Shown here: in pieces, positions 41,472 through 55,235 of the stretch
Layout: each line of letters opens with the position of its first letter
Numbering within the stretch: the stretch's first letter is position 1
NCBI RefSeq assembly: GCF_006345805.1
Contig: NC_042997.1
Coordinates: 124,372,001-124,436,000, forward strand
Direction: 5' to 3'
From: Octopus sinensis
Taxonomy: Eukaryota
DNA length: 64,000 nt
The notes under the pieces: generated by a model
Database searches by the model: none
The model's input: only the letters and a program-made list of their open reading frames with translations
Told to the model about the DNA's origin: nothing
Program-made: the position numbers and the translations under genes

Positions 41472-44400
41472 ATAGAAGCAGCAGCAGCAGCTGCACCGTT
41501 GCCGATTTATATAGCATTATTAATGTTAAGGTACAGCTGGAAGAGTCCTCCCATTGAAAATCAGAAAGAAAATATTTATTTTAAGCTGTTTGCTTCCTGT
41601 CTCTTCTAAACTATTTTCTTCCATTTGTTCTTTCAAATAATTCACTTGTAGGATAATTACTTCCTCCTTCTGATATATAATTTGAATATTTTCTTCTCCA
41701 CGACGAATATATTTCCAGCATTTGTCAATGTTCGTAGCAAATAACTGGCTTGCTTCGGGTATCTTATTTAGGATATTCCGTGGAGAATTGAAACTGTCAA
41801 TGTAGCAAAGCCAATCTAATTCCTTATATGAATAATTAATCAGTTTATACGGTGTATAAGATAAGGAAATGTATTCTTGTCTGCTTTGCGAGACTGCTAA
41901 AATTGTTAGAGAAACGGACTGTTCTTCAGCGGTTGGAAGAAAAATCGATCTTGCCAGAATTTCTGGTGCCTAATGCAATGATATTTTTAAAGATGACTCA
42001 TAAATATAGTATATAAAAACAAGTTCTGTTGTAGCTAGGGTACTTTGTTGCAATACTTTTTATAAGACATATATGTCCTAATTACAGATATTTGACATTT
42101 GGGCATAGATGTAAAATTGTAAATAACACATGCAATTTAGAAGGGGAAATTCAGTGGGGAAATGATATAAAATCGAGTTTGAGGAAGGCAAGATTCATGT
42201 GAAATTACTCTTTCAATGACAATTAAGAAAAAATTTTATGAAATTATTGCATTCATTTTGGAGATATTTAAAGCCAAGTTCACTGTTAGAGGTCAATATG
42301 TTGATATGAAGATTGACTATTCCTGTAGGAATCTAAGGAATAATATAAAAATTTAAATGCATCTTACTTCCATAATGCGGGGCATTGAATGTACAATATT
42401 GATCTCTAACGTAGGCACAAGACCACATCTATTAAGGTAAAGTATTGTTGATGGAAACATCTCCAGTATTTAATTGCTTCTTATTTTATCAGTCACGCGG
42501 AAGAATGAAAAGCAATGTCAGCTTCTGTTGCCTTTGAATTCACAATATAAAGAGAATTCATTTTACCCGAATTTCTGCTGATCATGTCATACACTGCACT
42601 TGAATGTAAAATATCGGTTTGACTTTTGCCACAAATGGAGAAATAATAACGTTATTATTCTATCTTCCTCCCACTGGAATTTGTACAATCGCAAAATTCG
42701 TTTCATTCTGAATTAACTGTGTCAAGGTAAATATTTCAGCGAAGCTACCATTCTTCATTACGGTACAGTAATTCATGGAAAATATTTTGAAAAGTATTAG
42801 GCCATATATTGTTACTGGCATTGTTTCTATTTAAGCCCTGATCAGGGACGTGAATTGGCAGAAAGTTTAGTTATTTCTTAGATATTTTTCCGCCTCTTTA
42901 CGAGTTGAGTTCAAATCCCATCCCGGTTAACTCTGTCCTTCACTCTTCCGATTACAATACAATAAAGCACTAGCTGTGCGTGGGGTAAGTATCTTAAAAT
43001 TCCCTGCCTTTGTCTAAATTAGGAATAATTATTTAACCCCATATCAGCCCCATTTAAACAGAACTGTGCTTGGACGTATTTTTAACGTGAACATCTTTTG
43101 CCTTTTTTTTTTTTGTATTTCTAAAATCTTGTATTTCTATAATTTCATTATTTGATACGACCGTACCTTTTGTGTGTTATTTTGAAGAAATTTGATTCTT
43201 AATTCTATCATGACAAAGAACCACATACTGGTTCCATCGTTGGAATTCACAAAAGCGAATTATCAGCGGGAACGTTGTGTAGAATCGACTGAAGCGATCG
43301 TACTACAATATCTGATGCCTACCTATCTTAAACTCGAGTGAAAAGTGAAAGTTTGTCCTACTAGAATTCCTACTGAGAAATTTATGTGAGCAAAACTACG
43401 CATGTGATGCAGGCTCACCGTTAAAATTCTTCTTTTCCGGTATCAACTATTACCGCATATCTCTTTATAAAACGTACCACATTCGTAAGAGATAGAATTT
43501 AACTGATTAAAGCGTTTCCTGAGTCTAACTCAGTGAAAAATGTCTACCTTGAGAGGAGGAATGGCGGAGTCATCTTCAGTGTGTTGAGATATCATAAATT
43601 AGACACCTAACATAAACAGTTTGTTTGCTGAATAACGTTTTCACATTTCTGTTTTGCTTGTGTAGCTGTAACCGCAAAAGTTATGTGTAACTTAATAATA
43701 TTGAAGATTACATAATGTACGTCAGTTTTTAATTCATATCTAATTACCTTTAATTTGGATTTATATTTAAAGATGTCACGTAAAAAGTATAAATTATTCA
43801 CTACGAAGCATTACTCTGTTAAAAAGAAAATATATTCCATTTTTACAAGGATTAAAATATTCGAAAGTAATTTTAAATAAGTGACTTGCTGTCTATTTAA
43901 TCCGAAGAGTTTATGTTAATTTAACTATAACGAAGTTCATTATACAACACATAATGATTCTTTATTTCCATTTAGAAACGTCACTTTGGTTAGGGCTGAT
44001 TTGATATTCAAACGAGCATCTAGGACTTCAGGACTGAAGTAGCCGTTACATTTAGATACCAATTTATTTCTTTTTTATAATTTAAGCTTCAATTTTATGG
44101 TAATTACAGTATCGTATTTGTATGAAAATTTAATCACAGATATATTTTTGATCGACGCTTGCATTATTTTACTGTAGACGGTATTTTTGCTGAATCATAT
44201 CTCTTTGCACTGAATACGTGTCTATATATAAATTAGTACATTCTCTTTTCGCAGATGCCCAGCGTACATTAAATTTTTCTTTCACTGTTATATATGCTCT
44301 GAACTTCATCGAGCAACGGTAAAGTATTTGCAACCCAAAATTTACCCCTCCCTTGACGAAAGAAAACATTGTTTTCAGCGATATGGGAAACTGTCATATA

Positions 44401-44524
44401 GTACTGCTATGGGAAATGTTGTGTTAATATCCTAGATTTAAGATCACACAGCTTATTAATGGGAACAGCAGTTTTTAATCGGCTTAATCCTAACAAACAG
44501 CTCCCGTTTTCCTTCCATGGTTGG

Positions 44525-44670
44525 GAGGGTTGACTTGAGAAAGGAGGACGCCCAAAACCGGGCAAGATGACGAGATGGTGTGAGGGCGGTTGCTACGGCA
44601 TTGAGGTAGATAAGCCACCATCATTAACGGGAAGAAAACCCGAATTCAAAATGATGGATGATGATGATGA
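44525..44670 (+). mobile_element. 3' end fragment of an RTE-like LINE
   Basis: LRKEDAQNRAR*RDGVRAVA (A.DR..WR motif), short 3' UTR and (TGA)n tail. Confidence 0.6.
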
Positions 44671-44967
44671 ATATTGACTGATCGTCACGGATCAGGATAA
44701 TGCTAATTTTCTCAGTTACTTTGCTTTCAGAACTAATTTTTTTCTAATTAGGACTAACTGAACGTTACTATCATGTAGGTTACGGAGCCAATTTAACGAG
44801 CATTTTTTACCATCTCAAATTAGTCCTTTCTCCAAAGCTTATGCTTTGGCAGGTTGATAGATTTCTGCATATATTAATCGATCATTATGTTACTAGTTCA
44901 AAATCGAAATGCATAAATAAGGAAAGTATATAATTTACACTAGGAATTCGAAACTCACTGTGCTGAG

Positions 44968-45107
44968 CACAGGCGTAGCTAGTGGGGCCGGTAGGGGCGG
45001 TACCTTTGGCGATACTTTTGGGTTTGCTGTTGACAATATGTGTTTTTTATGGGTCCTAGGAAATGGAAGGGCCGCCCAGGGCGGCACACACTCTTACTAC
45101 GCGAGTG
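44968..45107. mobile_element. Putative hAT-like MITE
   Basis: Imperfect TIRs CACAGGCGTAG / CTACGCGAGTG; GC-rich; ctgtgct recurs on both flanks. Confidence 0.45.
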
Positions 45108-45349
45108 CTGTGCTCCATCGTATTCGATCTCGTCCCTGTAAATTACTGGACTCATTATCGATATCATTTTTGTTTCAATGACTACCTCTCTCTGTCTCCC
45201 CCCTCTCTCTCTCTCTCTCCCTCTCAATCACACTTTCACTGTCCTCACTCTCCCCTTTATCTTATTTTTCCTTCTCTTGTTCCTTTATTCGCTTGTTCCA
45301 TCTTTACAAAACTAGCTTTTACTTAATGCAAGTGAAATTATACGGGTAC

Positions 45350-45386
<37 letters not shown>

Positions 45387-45865
45387 TAGATAGATACTAC
45401 CTGTTTACCAGTGATATTTATATGATATATATTTATATATGTATGTATATATGTATGTATCCTTGTTTTCCAAAAATTTCCTATTTTACTCACGTAAGAA
45501 GCTATTGTTTCGAATATTCTAATATATTTCCCCTAATTTGCCGGAAAACAAGGAGGAAATTGATAGACCGCAATTTCAGCACTCCCTCACATTCCTCCGC
45601 ATACGCCACGTCCTAACCTAAACCTGTCGAATTTCGATCTGCTTGTTAAGAAAGTAATCAGTTGAGTGAAAGCTATCAAGCGGAGATTGGAAATTTTACG
45701 ATGCGGATGAAGAATTAGAAAATAAATTGTCAAACATGAGAAAAAAAAAAATTAAATATTCGAAGAATAAAAGGAAGGAAAATAAAATGGAGAATTGAGC
45801 AAGAAAGTAGAAATTTAGTTCAGACATTTTTTTTTTTTTTAATGTGAGAGCGAAATGGAGATGTA

Positions 45866-46180
45866 GTGAAGATGATGATGATGATGATCATGATCATGAT
45901 GATGATCATGATCATGATCATGATCATGACGGCGACGATGGTAACAATGATGATTGTTAAAGATGATGGTGATGATGATGATGGTGGTGTCGATGGTGGT
46001 TTCGATGGTGGTGGTGACGACGGTGACGACGAGGACAATGATATTACAGGTAAAAGAATAAAAATAGTGATTACAACTCAACCACCACCACCGACAACAA
46101 CAGCAACAACAACACCAACACTGGCAACAATAACAACAACAACAACAACGATATCAATAATAACAACGATAACAAGGACG
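45866..46180 (+). repeat. Compound trinucleotide/hexanucleotide microsatellite (GAT, GATCAT, GGT, CAA)
   Basis: Read directly from the sequence. Confidence 0.9.
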
Positions 46181-46429
46181 TAATGAATGAAAATAACAAC
46201 AAGCAAGATTAAAACGAAATAGAAAATGTAAGACGAGGGGGAAAATAAAAAAAGGGGGGCAAATGGAAGAATCTAAAAGTAAAAACAAAAAGCACAATAA
46301 ACAGGTAGAATAATAAAATGAATGACAACCACCTACAAGAGCAATAGATAATCGTTGAAACTCAACGAAAATTGAGATTTTCATACTAGAATTGGTAATT
46401 TTTGATATGATCCATCAAAAGTCATTGGC

Positions 46430-46933
46430 TCTACCATAAAACTGAAATCCTTCTAATGCTGCAGCTACTACTACTACTAATAATACTACTACTACTACTG
46501 CTGCTGCTGCTGTTCCTACTACTACTACTGCTGCTGCTGCTGTTCCTACTACTACTAGTACTACTACCATCACTGCTGCCCCTCCTCCTACTACTACTAC
46601 TACTTGCACTACTACTAATACCGCTGCTACTACTAGTAGTAGTAGTAATGGTGGTGATGGTGGTGGTACAATAAAACTGAAATCCTTCAACTGCTGCAGC
46701 TACAACTACTACTACCACTACTGCTGCTGTTCCGACTACTAGTACTACTACCACTACTACTGCTGCTCCTCTTCCTACTACTACTAACTACTACTACTAC
46801 TAGTAGTAGTAGTGGTGATGGTGGTGGTACAGTAAAACTGAAATCCTTCTACTGCTGCAGCTACTACTACTACTACCACTACTGCTGCTGTTCCGACTAC
46901 TACTAGTACTACTACCACTACTGCTGCTGCTTC

Positions 46934-46965
<32 letters not shown>

Positions 46966-47016
46966 TGGTTCTGACTACTAGTACTACTATCACTACTACT
47001 GCTGCTCCTCTTCCTA

Positions 47017-47052
<36 letters not shown>

Positions 47053-47375
47053 TTCCGACTACTAGTACTACTATCACTACTACTGCTGCTCCTCTTCCTA
47101 CTACTGCTACTACTGCTGCTGCTGCTGCTACTACTACTACTACTAGTATTAGTAGTAGTAGTAGTGGTGATGGTGGTGGTGGTACAGTAAAACTGAAATC
47201 CTTCTACTGCTGCAGCTACTACTACTACCACTACCTATACTGCTGCTGTTCCGACTACTACTAGTACTACTACCACTACTGCTGCTGCTTTTCCTACTAC
47301 TACTACTTGTACTACAGCTACTGCTGCTGCTGCTACTAGTAGTAGTAGTGGTGGTGGTGCTGGTGGTGATGGCGT
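46430..47375 (+). repeat. Higher-order minisatellite built from CTA/CTG/GTA/GTG triplets
   Basis: Anchor taaaactgaaatccttc recurs at ~46437, 46672, 46833 and 47188, separated by variable triplet runs. Confidence 0.9.
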
Positions 47376-48853
47376 TTGATAGAAATGACATTCGCTTAAC
47401 TCCTCAAGGAATTCAGCTTTCCGGAATAAATGTGGACGAGAGAGTCTTCTTTTAAATGTTACAAGAATTAAATGTTCTTCACAGAATAATTTAAGTTTCA
47501 TACTAAACAGGCAGTCAGAGAGATAAGCAGTCAAAGAGACAAACAGACTGACAAACAGGTTGGCAGACAGGCTGACAGCCAGACAAACAGGACAAAGAGA
47601 CAGAGAGATAAGCAGTCAAAGAGAAGAAATTGGTTATTCCAACACATCCTCTAACTCCGACGCCACCACCATCACCACCACCACCTCCACTTTCTCCTCC
47701 TCATCATTCATATTCGTCTTTATTCTTATTCTCAGTCTCACTCTCTCTCTCCCCTTCTCTCCCTTTCTCTCTTACTTCTCTCTCCCTATTCCTCCACTTC
47801 GAACATTGCCAACTCCACACCCAATATTGTAATCCTCGCCGCCGCCATCAACGCCAACAACTCTACTTACACACAGCACCTTTTACACCTTAAAGACTGA
47901 CAGACAGACAGACAAACAGGTAGGCAGACAGACAGAAAGACAGATAGATAGATAAATAAGTGAGAGACCGACGCTCAAACAGACTGATAGATTTGAATAT
48001 ATTGTCAAGATTAATTAAATGTATTTCAGTATTTTCTTCCTATTGTTAATTAATTAACCATTGAAAGATGGCGAAGTACCCATGAACTTTGTACGTCTTC
48101 CTGAATCAGGGTGATTAATGCCGTTGCTAATCAGTTTGGTTATATACATGTTGGAGATTTGCTTATAAAACGTGGGCACTAAGTAACACTGGAACGTTGC
48201 AGTGTTAGGAAGTAGACGATCTATTATGTGAACAATAAGACAGTTGTACTGAATCGGCTTTGATGTAGCGTGATGTTCTCTATTGCAGAAATGATGATGA
48301 CTTTGCGGCAATGATAGAAGAAACGGAGAGAAAAGTTACCCCATATCTGTAAGCCAGTTACTGGGTGTAATGTTAAGTGAATCTTTGCCAATAAACTTAG
48401 ATAAGCTTAGATATGTTTTGGCCAAAATTGGCCAAGGCTATATCGAACTTTAGAGTTGTATATGATAGAATTTGTTAAGTCATATTTAAGTGGAGTTTTG
48501 TGAAACTTCTAAAGGAGGAAACTGTTCGATAACGTGCTTTCGTAGAAAATTAGGAGCTGATAAGTGTTGAAATATTTACTGATTCATAATGAAGAATCTA
48601 GCCTTTGAGCTCTAGTTGCGTATTTGATGCTGGTATACAATATACATAAAGTCTTGCATGTGTTAAATGTTCCTGTGCCAACATGTGAATTTATCAGATT
48701 TGTTTTAAGGTCTAGAAATTCTTGCGATATTTATCTTTTCTTTACTTCACTCTCTCTCCTCGTACACACACGCACACACACACTCACACATATACATATG
48801 TATTTACATTATGTATGTGTGTATGTCTGTATACATGTATATATATTTATATA

Positions 48854-48931
<78 letters not shown>

Positions 48932-49571
48932 ATATATATCTGTGATGTATGTATACATATATAGATCTGTGAGTGTATGTATGTATGAGTATATGTGTGT
49001 ATATATGTATTATGTATTATGTATCTAGTTATGTATCTATGTATGCATGTATGTGCGTTTATGTATATGTACGCCGCAAATAGATTATATGTATGTTATG
49101 ATTAATTACAATCTAATATGTTAACTATAATAATTCCTATTACTAATTCTTAACAAAACAAGAACTATCCATACAGTCATAAGCAATCCGTAGATGTTAT
49201 ACTCATTCGTTGTTATAGTTGCTATTGATCCCTTTGCCAGCCCCATTTACGTAAGTCTCTGATCAATACCCTCTCTTTGTTTGCTAGATAGAGCACAGTA
49301 AGTTATATCCTAATGTTTTGCTGTTGCTTTTTAAGACAAAATGAGGTGATTTAGAATTTAAAGTCATACCCTGGTCACTGTCCTTTCATCATATTTCCGG
49401 ACACAATTTTATTTACTTCAAATTCTCTTCCACTTCTGGAAAAGCTAAGCTCTTCTTTACTACGACCGTGAACGTAAAATCGTTGTTCGCACTTATCTCT
49501 AATGAAAACTACCTCTTACACAAAAGATTTTATTCATGATCATATCACGCGTGAACCAAATCACACTACAC

Positions 49572-50874
49572 GGATCTTTTCTATTCTGAAGCCAGGACCA
49601 CAGATCTTTCTACTTAACTAAATAATCTGAAACTTCGTATGCTGATAGAGTCTAGCAAAACAAGACACAGGTTGGAACTAGTTTATTTGAGAAAAATCTA
49701 TTTTATGACTTTAATCGTAGATTAAAACTGCGAATTTTAACCAATCAGATTGTTTATTTTCATGTGTAAAACTTGACTGCATTCTATTAGTGTGACGTAG
49801 AAAGCGCTTTTGTGACGTACTAACGTTCGGAAAACTGTAAACAAACACGGCAGACGAAATACGGCTACGCATTTCGCCCGGCGTGCTAACGTTTCTGCCA
49901 GCTCTTTGCTTTTTTAATATTAAATTTCGGCGAAGTTTCGCTTGTCGTAGCACAAGTTTTCCGTCGATTTCCGTAAAAAACTTTTATTTTTTTACATAAG
50001 TAATGAGAGCGAAAGAGACTAAGAGGAAGAGATTTTATGACGAGGGAAGTTTGTCTTTGAAGTTACCGTCTAGGGGAAGCATTGATGTACATGTGTGTGT
50101 GTGTGTGTGTTTGATGGGGTGTGGGAGACAGTATGTTGTGTAAGTGAAGTGCTTCTGTTAGTGTGTGTGAAGAGACAGAGAGAGTAATGTGTGAAAGAGA
50201 GAGATAACTGAAATTGTTTACTCGGTGTATGTGTATATGTATGTCTGCATGTATGTGTGTGTGTGTATGTATCTATGTATGTATGGCCGATTCATCGTAA
50301 TTACGATGAATCGGCCATACATACATACACACACACACATACATACACACACATACTTACACATACATACACACACACATACATGCAGACATACATATAC
50401 ACATACACCGAGTAAAAAATTTCAGTTATCTCTCTCTTTCACACATTACTCTCTCTGTCTCTTCACACACACTAACAGAAGCACTTCACTTACACAACAT
50501 ACTGTCTCCCACACCCCATCAAACACACACACACACACACACATGTACATCAATGCTTCCCCTAGACGGTAACTTCAAAGACAAACTTTTGTTATTAGAA
50601 GGTGGCTGACTATAGCTTGTTTACATTTAAGATGTCTAATACGTCACGAAATTGGTGGTCGAGACGGAGTAAATAAAATAAAGCCGAATGACGGAATATC
50701 ATTGGTTAAAATTCTAATTATTAAACAACGTTAAACTTAGAAGTTACAATTCCGTTTTCATTCTGGTTTACAATTAAGTTTACTTTTGACACATTCTACC
50801 AGTATACGAAGTTTCAAATTGTTTGGTTCAGTAGGAAAAATTTGAAAAAACTGGCTTCAGAATAGAAAAGATCC
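49572..50874. mobile_element. Palindromic non-autonomous DNA transposon (Merlin-like MITE)
   Basis: TIR GGATCTTTTCTATTCTGAAGCCAG is perfect for 24 bp and extends imperfectly beyond 100 bp. 8-bp TSD CACTACAC at 49564-49571 and 50875-50882. GG termini plus an 8-bp TSD fit Merlin/IS1016. Confidence 0.85.
49830..49905 (-). mobile_element. Type B SINE head nested in the MITE
   Basis: Minus strand: gagctggcagaaacgttagcacgccgggcgaaatgcgtagccgtatttcgtctgccg. Confidence 0.8.
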
Positions 50875-51384
50875 CACTACACTTGTCCGACTCCCTGAAT
50901 TCGACTTAAACTGTTTCTCCTTTCCAAGAGATGTTTACTTAGAATTTCGTGGACTAGCTATGAACACTAAGAAAGTTTCCAGTTATACCAACTTGTTAGT
51001 GGCCCACATTGTTGCGTGGGCTTTATGGCCTGTACATTGATGGCTACGTGGGACCACTACATTCAACAAAAATCAACTCTCTTTTCATATCCTTTATGAA
51101 CAATGTCCATCCGATATTTTAATTCATCTTCACTATATCTGATATTGCCATTACGTACCCGGACATTTCTCTCGCTGTAAACAATATCCACCTCTCCGTA
51201 TTAGTTTCCTACAAATCTACTTCGATTTCCCCTCATCTTATCGCATTCACACTAAATTTGCACACACACCTCATAATTATTTCTTCTTTACCGTCACTGT
51301 TGTAAACGTCCCCTATCCCTTTCATCACCCCACGTCCAATTACATTCACTGTCCTCTCCCTTTCTTCTAGTTTTCACTCTTCTT

Positions 51385-51740
51385 TCTTTCTTTTACTTGT
51401 TTCAGTCATTTGACCGCCTTTAGTCGAGCAAAGCGACACCAGGACTTACACTTTGTAAGCCTAGTACTTATTCTATCGGTCTCTTTTGCCGAACCGCTAA
51501 GTTACGGGGACGTAAACAAACCAGCATCGGTTGTCAAGCGATGTTGGGGGGACAAACACAGAAACACAAACACACACACATATATATATACATATACCTT
51601 TATACGACGGGCTTCTTTCAGTTTCCATCAACCAAATCCACTCACAAGTCTTTGGTCGGCTCGATACTATAGTAGAAGATACTTTCCCAAAGTGCCACGC
51701 AGTGGGACTGAACCCGGAACCATGTGGTTCGTAAGCAAGC
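51385..51740 (-). mobile_element. Type A SINE, near full length
   Basis: Reverse complement of 35901-36304; lies ~210 nt into the intron from the exon donor. Confidence 0.9.
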
Positions 51741-51950
51741 TCCCCAATATCAGCTTCAATTATTTTCTTTCTTAATGTGTAGCATTTAATGAAACGCTGG
51801 ACTTTCACTCCTCGCTACAAGCTAACTCATTTTAGTTATTTTATCTTAGAACTTGTAATCATTATTTCACCTTATCAAAACTCACAGGAACTGGTGAATA
51901 AATAAATATTTCTTGCGAGCTTTATAAAAAAAAGTAAGAAAGAAACTTAC

Positions 51951-52149
51951 CTGGAAAAATTCTTCTGTTGAGCCAGATTTGATTGTCCCATACTGAATTT
52001 TTTTCTGTTCGACCAAATCTTTGGCAGAATTAATTGGAGGAAGAAGTCGCTCAATGGTGAGGAAAGCCGCTAAATTAGCGGTGTAAGATGAAATAATGAT
52101 CAATGTAAAAAACCACCATCCAGTACCGACTATCCGCCCGGATATGGAC
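51951..52149 (-). CDS. Ionotropic glutamate receptor (AMPA-like), internal exon encoding M3 and the start of S2
   Basis: Translates (R)[66 protein letters not shown], containing the iGluR gate motif SYTANLAAF and GST. Acceptor ctttcAG at 52151-52150 (phase 2); donor CAG|GTAAGT at 51950 (phase 0); 199 nt. Confidence 0.97.
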
Positions 52150-52471
52150 CTGAAAGTATAATAAATAGAAAACAAAATATTAAAACCTAGTTAGCTGAAT
52201 ATCAGCTATCAGTAATTTTCTTTTTACCTGATAGTAAAGTTCATACTTGTCAAGTTAACTTCAGTATGATGATCAAAGAATTGGTTGAAGCAAATTATAT
52301 CGTGACTAGTTTCCGAATATATTACAAAATACCTTGAGGTAACAATACCTTACTTGTAGACTTACAGTTCTTTGTATACTGCTTACACTATATACGTTTG
52401 CATAGACACACACAGACAGACACACTCATGCATGCACGCACATACAGGTATACATACACACAGAAGGAAAC

Positions 52472-52558
<87 letters not shown>

Positions 52559-52564
<6 letters not shown>

Positions 52565-53600
52565 GTTAAAAAAACACAAACTGGGACAAGAACGTGAAAC
52601 ATTTTGAAGACGACAAAAGAACACACAGACGGGACTTTCGAAGCTCTCAGTCATCAGTCAAGAACCAGATCATCTTCGCAATTTCGGCTGATTAATCTTG
52701 AGATTGCTCCAATCTGGGCAGCCCGCCAAGGGAAATCTAAGCGAATCGCATTAGATTCCTTGGAAGAAAACCTCGAAAGTATACAACACGGTGACGGAAA
52801 AACGGACGATGTTACTCGAAAAAAATTCAAAAATACGTAAAAACAATAACGATAGCACGGATAAGAATACAAAATAACGTAAAAACAATAATGACAAAAC
52901 CAGGACGTCAGGACAAGCGTCTTTCGACAGGACGAGTTGAGTATAGGCTGGCTGTGGAACAAGTGCCTGAAGGCAAACGGAGCACAAACAAATATGTGTT
53001 GTCACCCTGACTACTTGATGCGAAAAGGCAGTAGTAGCTAGCTGGTCACGTGAGCACAAAAAGGAGAAAGGGACAGATGAAGAGAGAAGAGAGAAGCAAG
53101 AGAGGGAAAGGGACAGGTCAAGTGGGGTGTAAGGTCTGAGAGGCAGAGAAATGTGGGAGAGGAGGGACGGAGGAAGAGAGAAAGAAAGAAGGGGAACAAG
53201 GGAGGAGAAGAAAAAGAGGGAAAGAGACAGAACAAGGGGAGTGCAAAGGGTGAAGGCAGAGAAAAGTAGGAGAGGGGGGGAAAAAGAGACAGTGTAGTCG
53301 AGTCGTACCAATGTTAGAGAGTAATATACTTACAGTATAGGGTCAAAAGGTAGGATACGTAGCCGCCGTGTATATATGTAAACGTTAAAAAAACACAAAC
53401 GGGGACAAGAACGTGAAACATTTTGAAGACGACAAAATATATATATATCTGTGACTTCTTCAGTGACACTTTTCGTTTTCGTGTGTGTTCTTGCTCCACG
53501 TACTCGATTCTCTGAGAATGGAGTAAGCGAAGCAAAAATACACACGAAAACAGAAAGTTGCTGAAGAAGTCACAGATGTGTGACGACAGATTACCGGACA
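52559..53600. mobile_element. (TA)n-flanked composite element with a 60-bp direct repeat and terminal palindrome (Penelope pLTR-like)
   Basis: Direct repeat 52559-52618 / 53378-53437; imperfect palindrome 53447-53577; hammerhead-like CTGAAGA-A-GTCACA GATG TGTGAC-GACA at 53561-53588. An inverted homolog of its left end lies at 55562-55705. Confidence 0.6.
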
Positions 53601-54551
53601 ATATATATATATATATATATAACATATATATATGTGAGTGCGCGCTCCTGTGTGCGAGTGTGTGTGAGTATGTGCGTGTCTTTGTCCCTGTCTCCCACCG
53701 CTGTTTCATAACCGGTGCTGATGTGATTATGCCCCCGTAACATAGCGGTTCGAAAAAAGGAATCGAAATAATAAGTACTTAAAAAATATAGGTAACGGGT
53801 CGATTCATTCGACTAAAAATTCTTCAAAGCGTTGCTCCTACATGGCCGCAGTCGCATGACTGAAACTAGGATCAGTTAAAAGAAAAACATGACACTATAT
53901 ATCAGAAGCACTTATGTAGTTAACTAACCCCTATTTAGAACAGAGCAATGATATAAGAAAACCCTACCTTCAAAATCTTGAGCTTTACAATAACTGCATC
54001 ATTTATTACAAATTTTAGTTGACTATCATTTTAGAGAGATTTAGCTGTTAATTCTTGCAAGTAAACCAACCAAACTAGGCACGAAGTAGTTTGTGGTGTT
54101 ACCATGTGAAACAAAATATGGTACAGAATACGTGCAACAGTACATTCTTTTTTAATATAACATTATCTAATATCTAAGAGTAATGACTCATTCCAAATCA
54201 TAGGAATTCACCTGTTCTTATATATAAATTAATCGTGTTTTAGACTTGTTCATAAATGTGAATTATGAGACACAACGACTAGATTTCATTTAATATCAAC
54301 GCAGAAATAAATATATTACAGAAAATATATAAATATGCTATAGAAAAAAAAGCATATTCAAGTAACACACAAACTCACGCCCACGTACCTTTCTCATTAA
54401 TAGAAATAGAAAATATGGAATCAGACATTTTAGGAAGGAGCTTACTAGCTAGTATGAAAACACACAATTGCTATAATAATATTCTGTGAATAGGGGAAAC
54501 GAAGCCTATAGGTATGCATGGGTGTTAATACATATTTACGTATACATGTAT

Positions 54552-54582
<31 letters not shown>

Positions 54583-54596
54583 CCATATATATATAG

Positions 54597-54675
<79 letters not shown>

Positions 54676-55019
54676 TACATAGATAAAACTTACTTGGAAA
54701 AGGATGCGTGGCGGTCGATCATATGATAATATAAATAATATATAAATATTATTTATATTATTATATATACACATACATACACACATACATACATACATAC
54801 ATACATACATACAGATTCATAAGCACACATACATATTTATGCATGTAGTGAGAGAGAGGAGGAAAGACGAGAATGATCCTATTTAGAGGCATAAAAAGAG
54901 CGAAGAAACTGTATAAAACAGTAGTTTAGTTGTATCTTTAATAAATCAAGACAGACAATAACTTATTGCTTTTGGCGGGAGAAATAGAGTAAGAAAGATC
55001 GTAAATAATATAATCATAT

Positions 55020-55235
55020 TGGTTTCAAAATTAGGCACAAGGCCAGCCATTTTGATGGAGAGTGCAAATCGATTTCATTGACCGTAGCACTCAGTTGGTA
55101 CATATTTAAACGACTCCGAAAGAATGAAAGGCAAAATCGATCTCAACGGAATTTGAACTCAGAATGTGCAGACGGATGAGACGTCGCTAAGCATTTTTGC
55201 TGCAGTGTTAACGATTCGACCAGCTCGCTGCCTTA
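55020..55235 (-). mobile_element. Type B SINE monomer
   Basis: Minus strand: ggcagcgagctggtcgaatcgttaacac...ttctgagttcaaattccgttgagatcgattttgcctttcattc. Confidence 0.85.

Noticed and set aside
46430-47375. CRISPR-like repeat/spacer appearance
   Set aside because: The spacers are related low-complexity triplet runs of irregular length, the context is a eukaryotic intron and there are no cas genes.
50885-51380. Possible LINE endonuclease 5' remnant on the minus strand
   Set aside because: Only a faint VDI-like motif with many stops; unsupported.
52628-52660. Minus-strand CTGATGA...GAAA...GTC as a hammerhead
   Set aside because: Stems II and III do not pair, and the homolog at 55600 lacks both core boxes.
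54686-54730. Minus-strand CAA|GTAAGT donor as the missing M2 (Q/R) exon
   Set aside because: No frame gives an M2/QQG..PR-like peptide and there is no acceptor; the sequence resembles a family A tail fragment between microsatellites.
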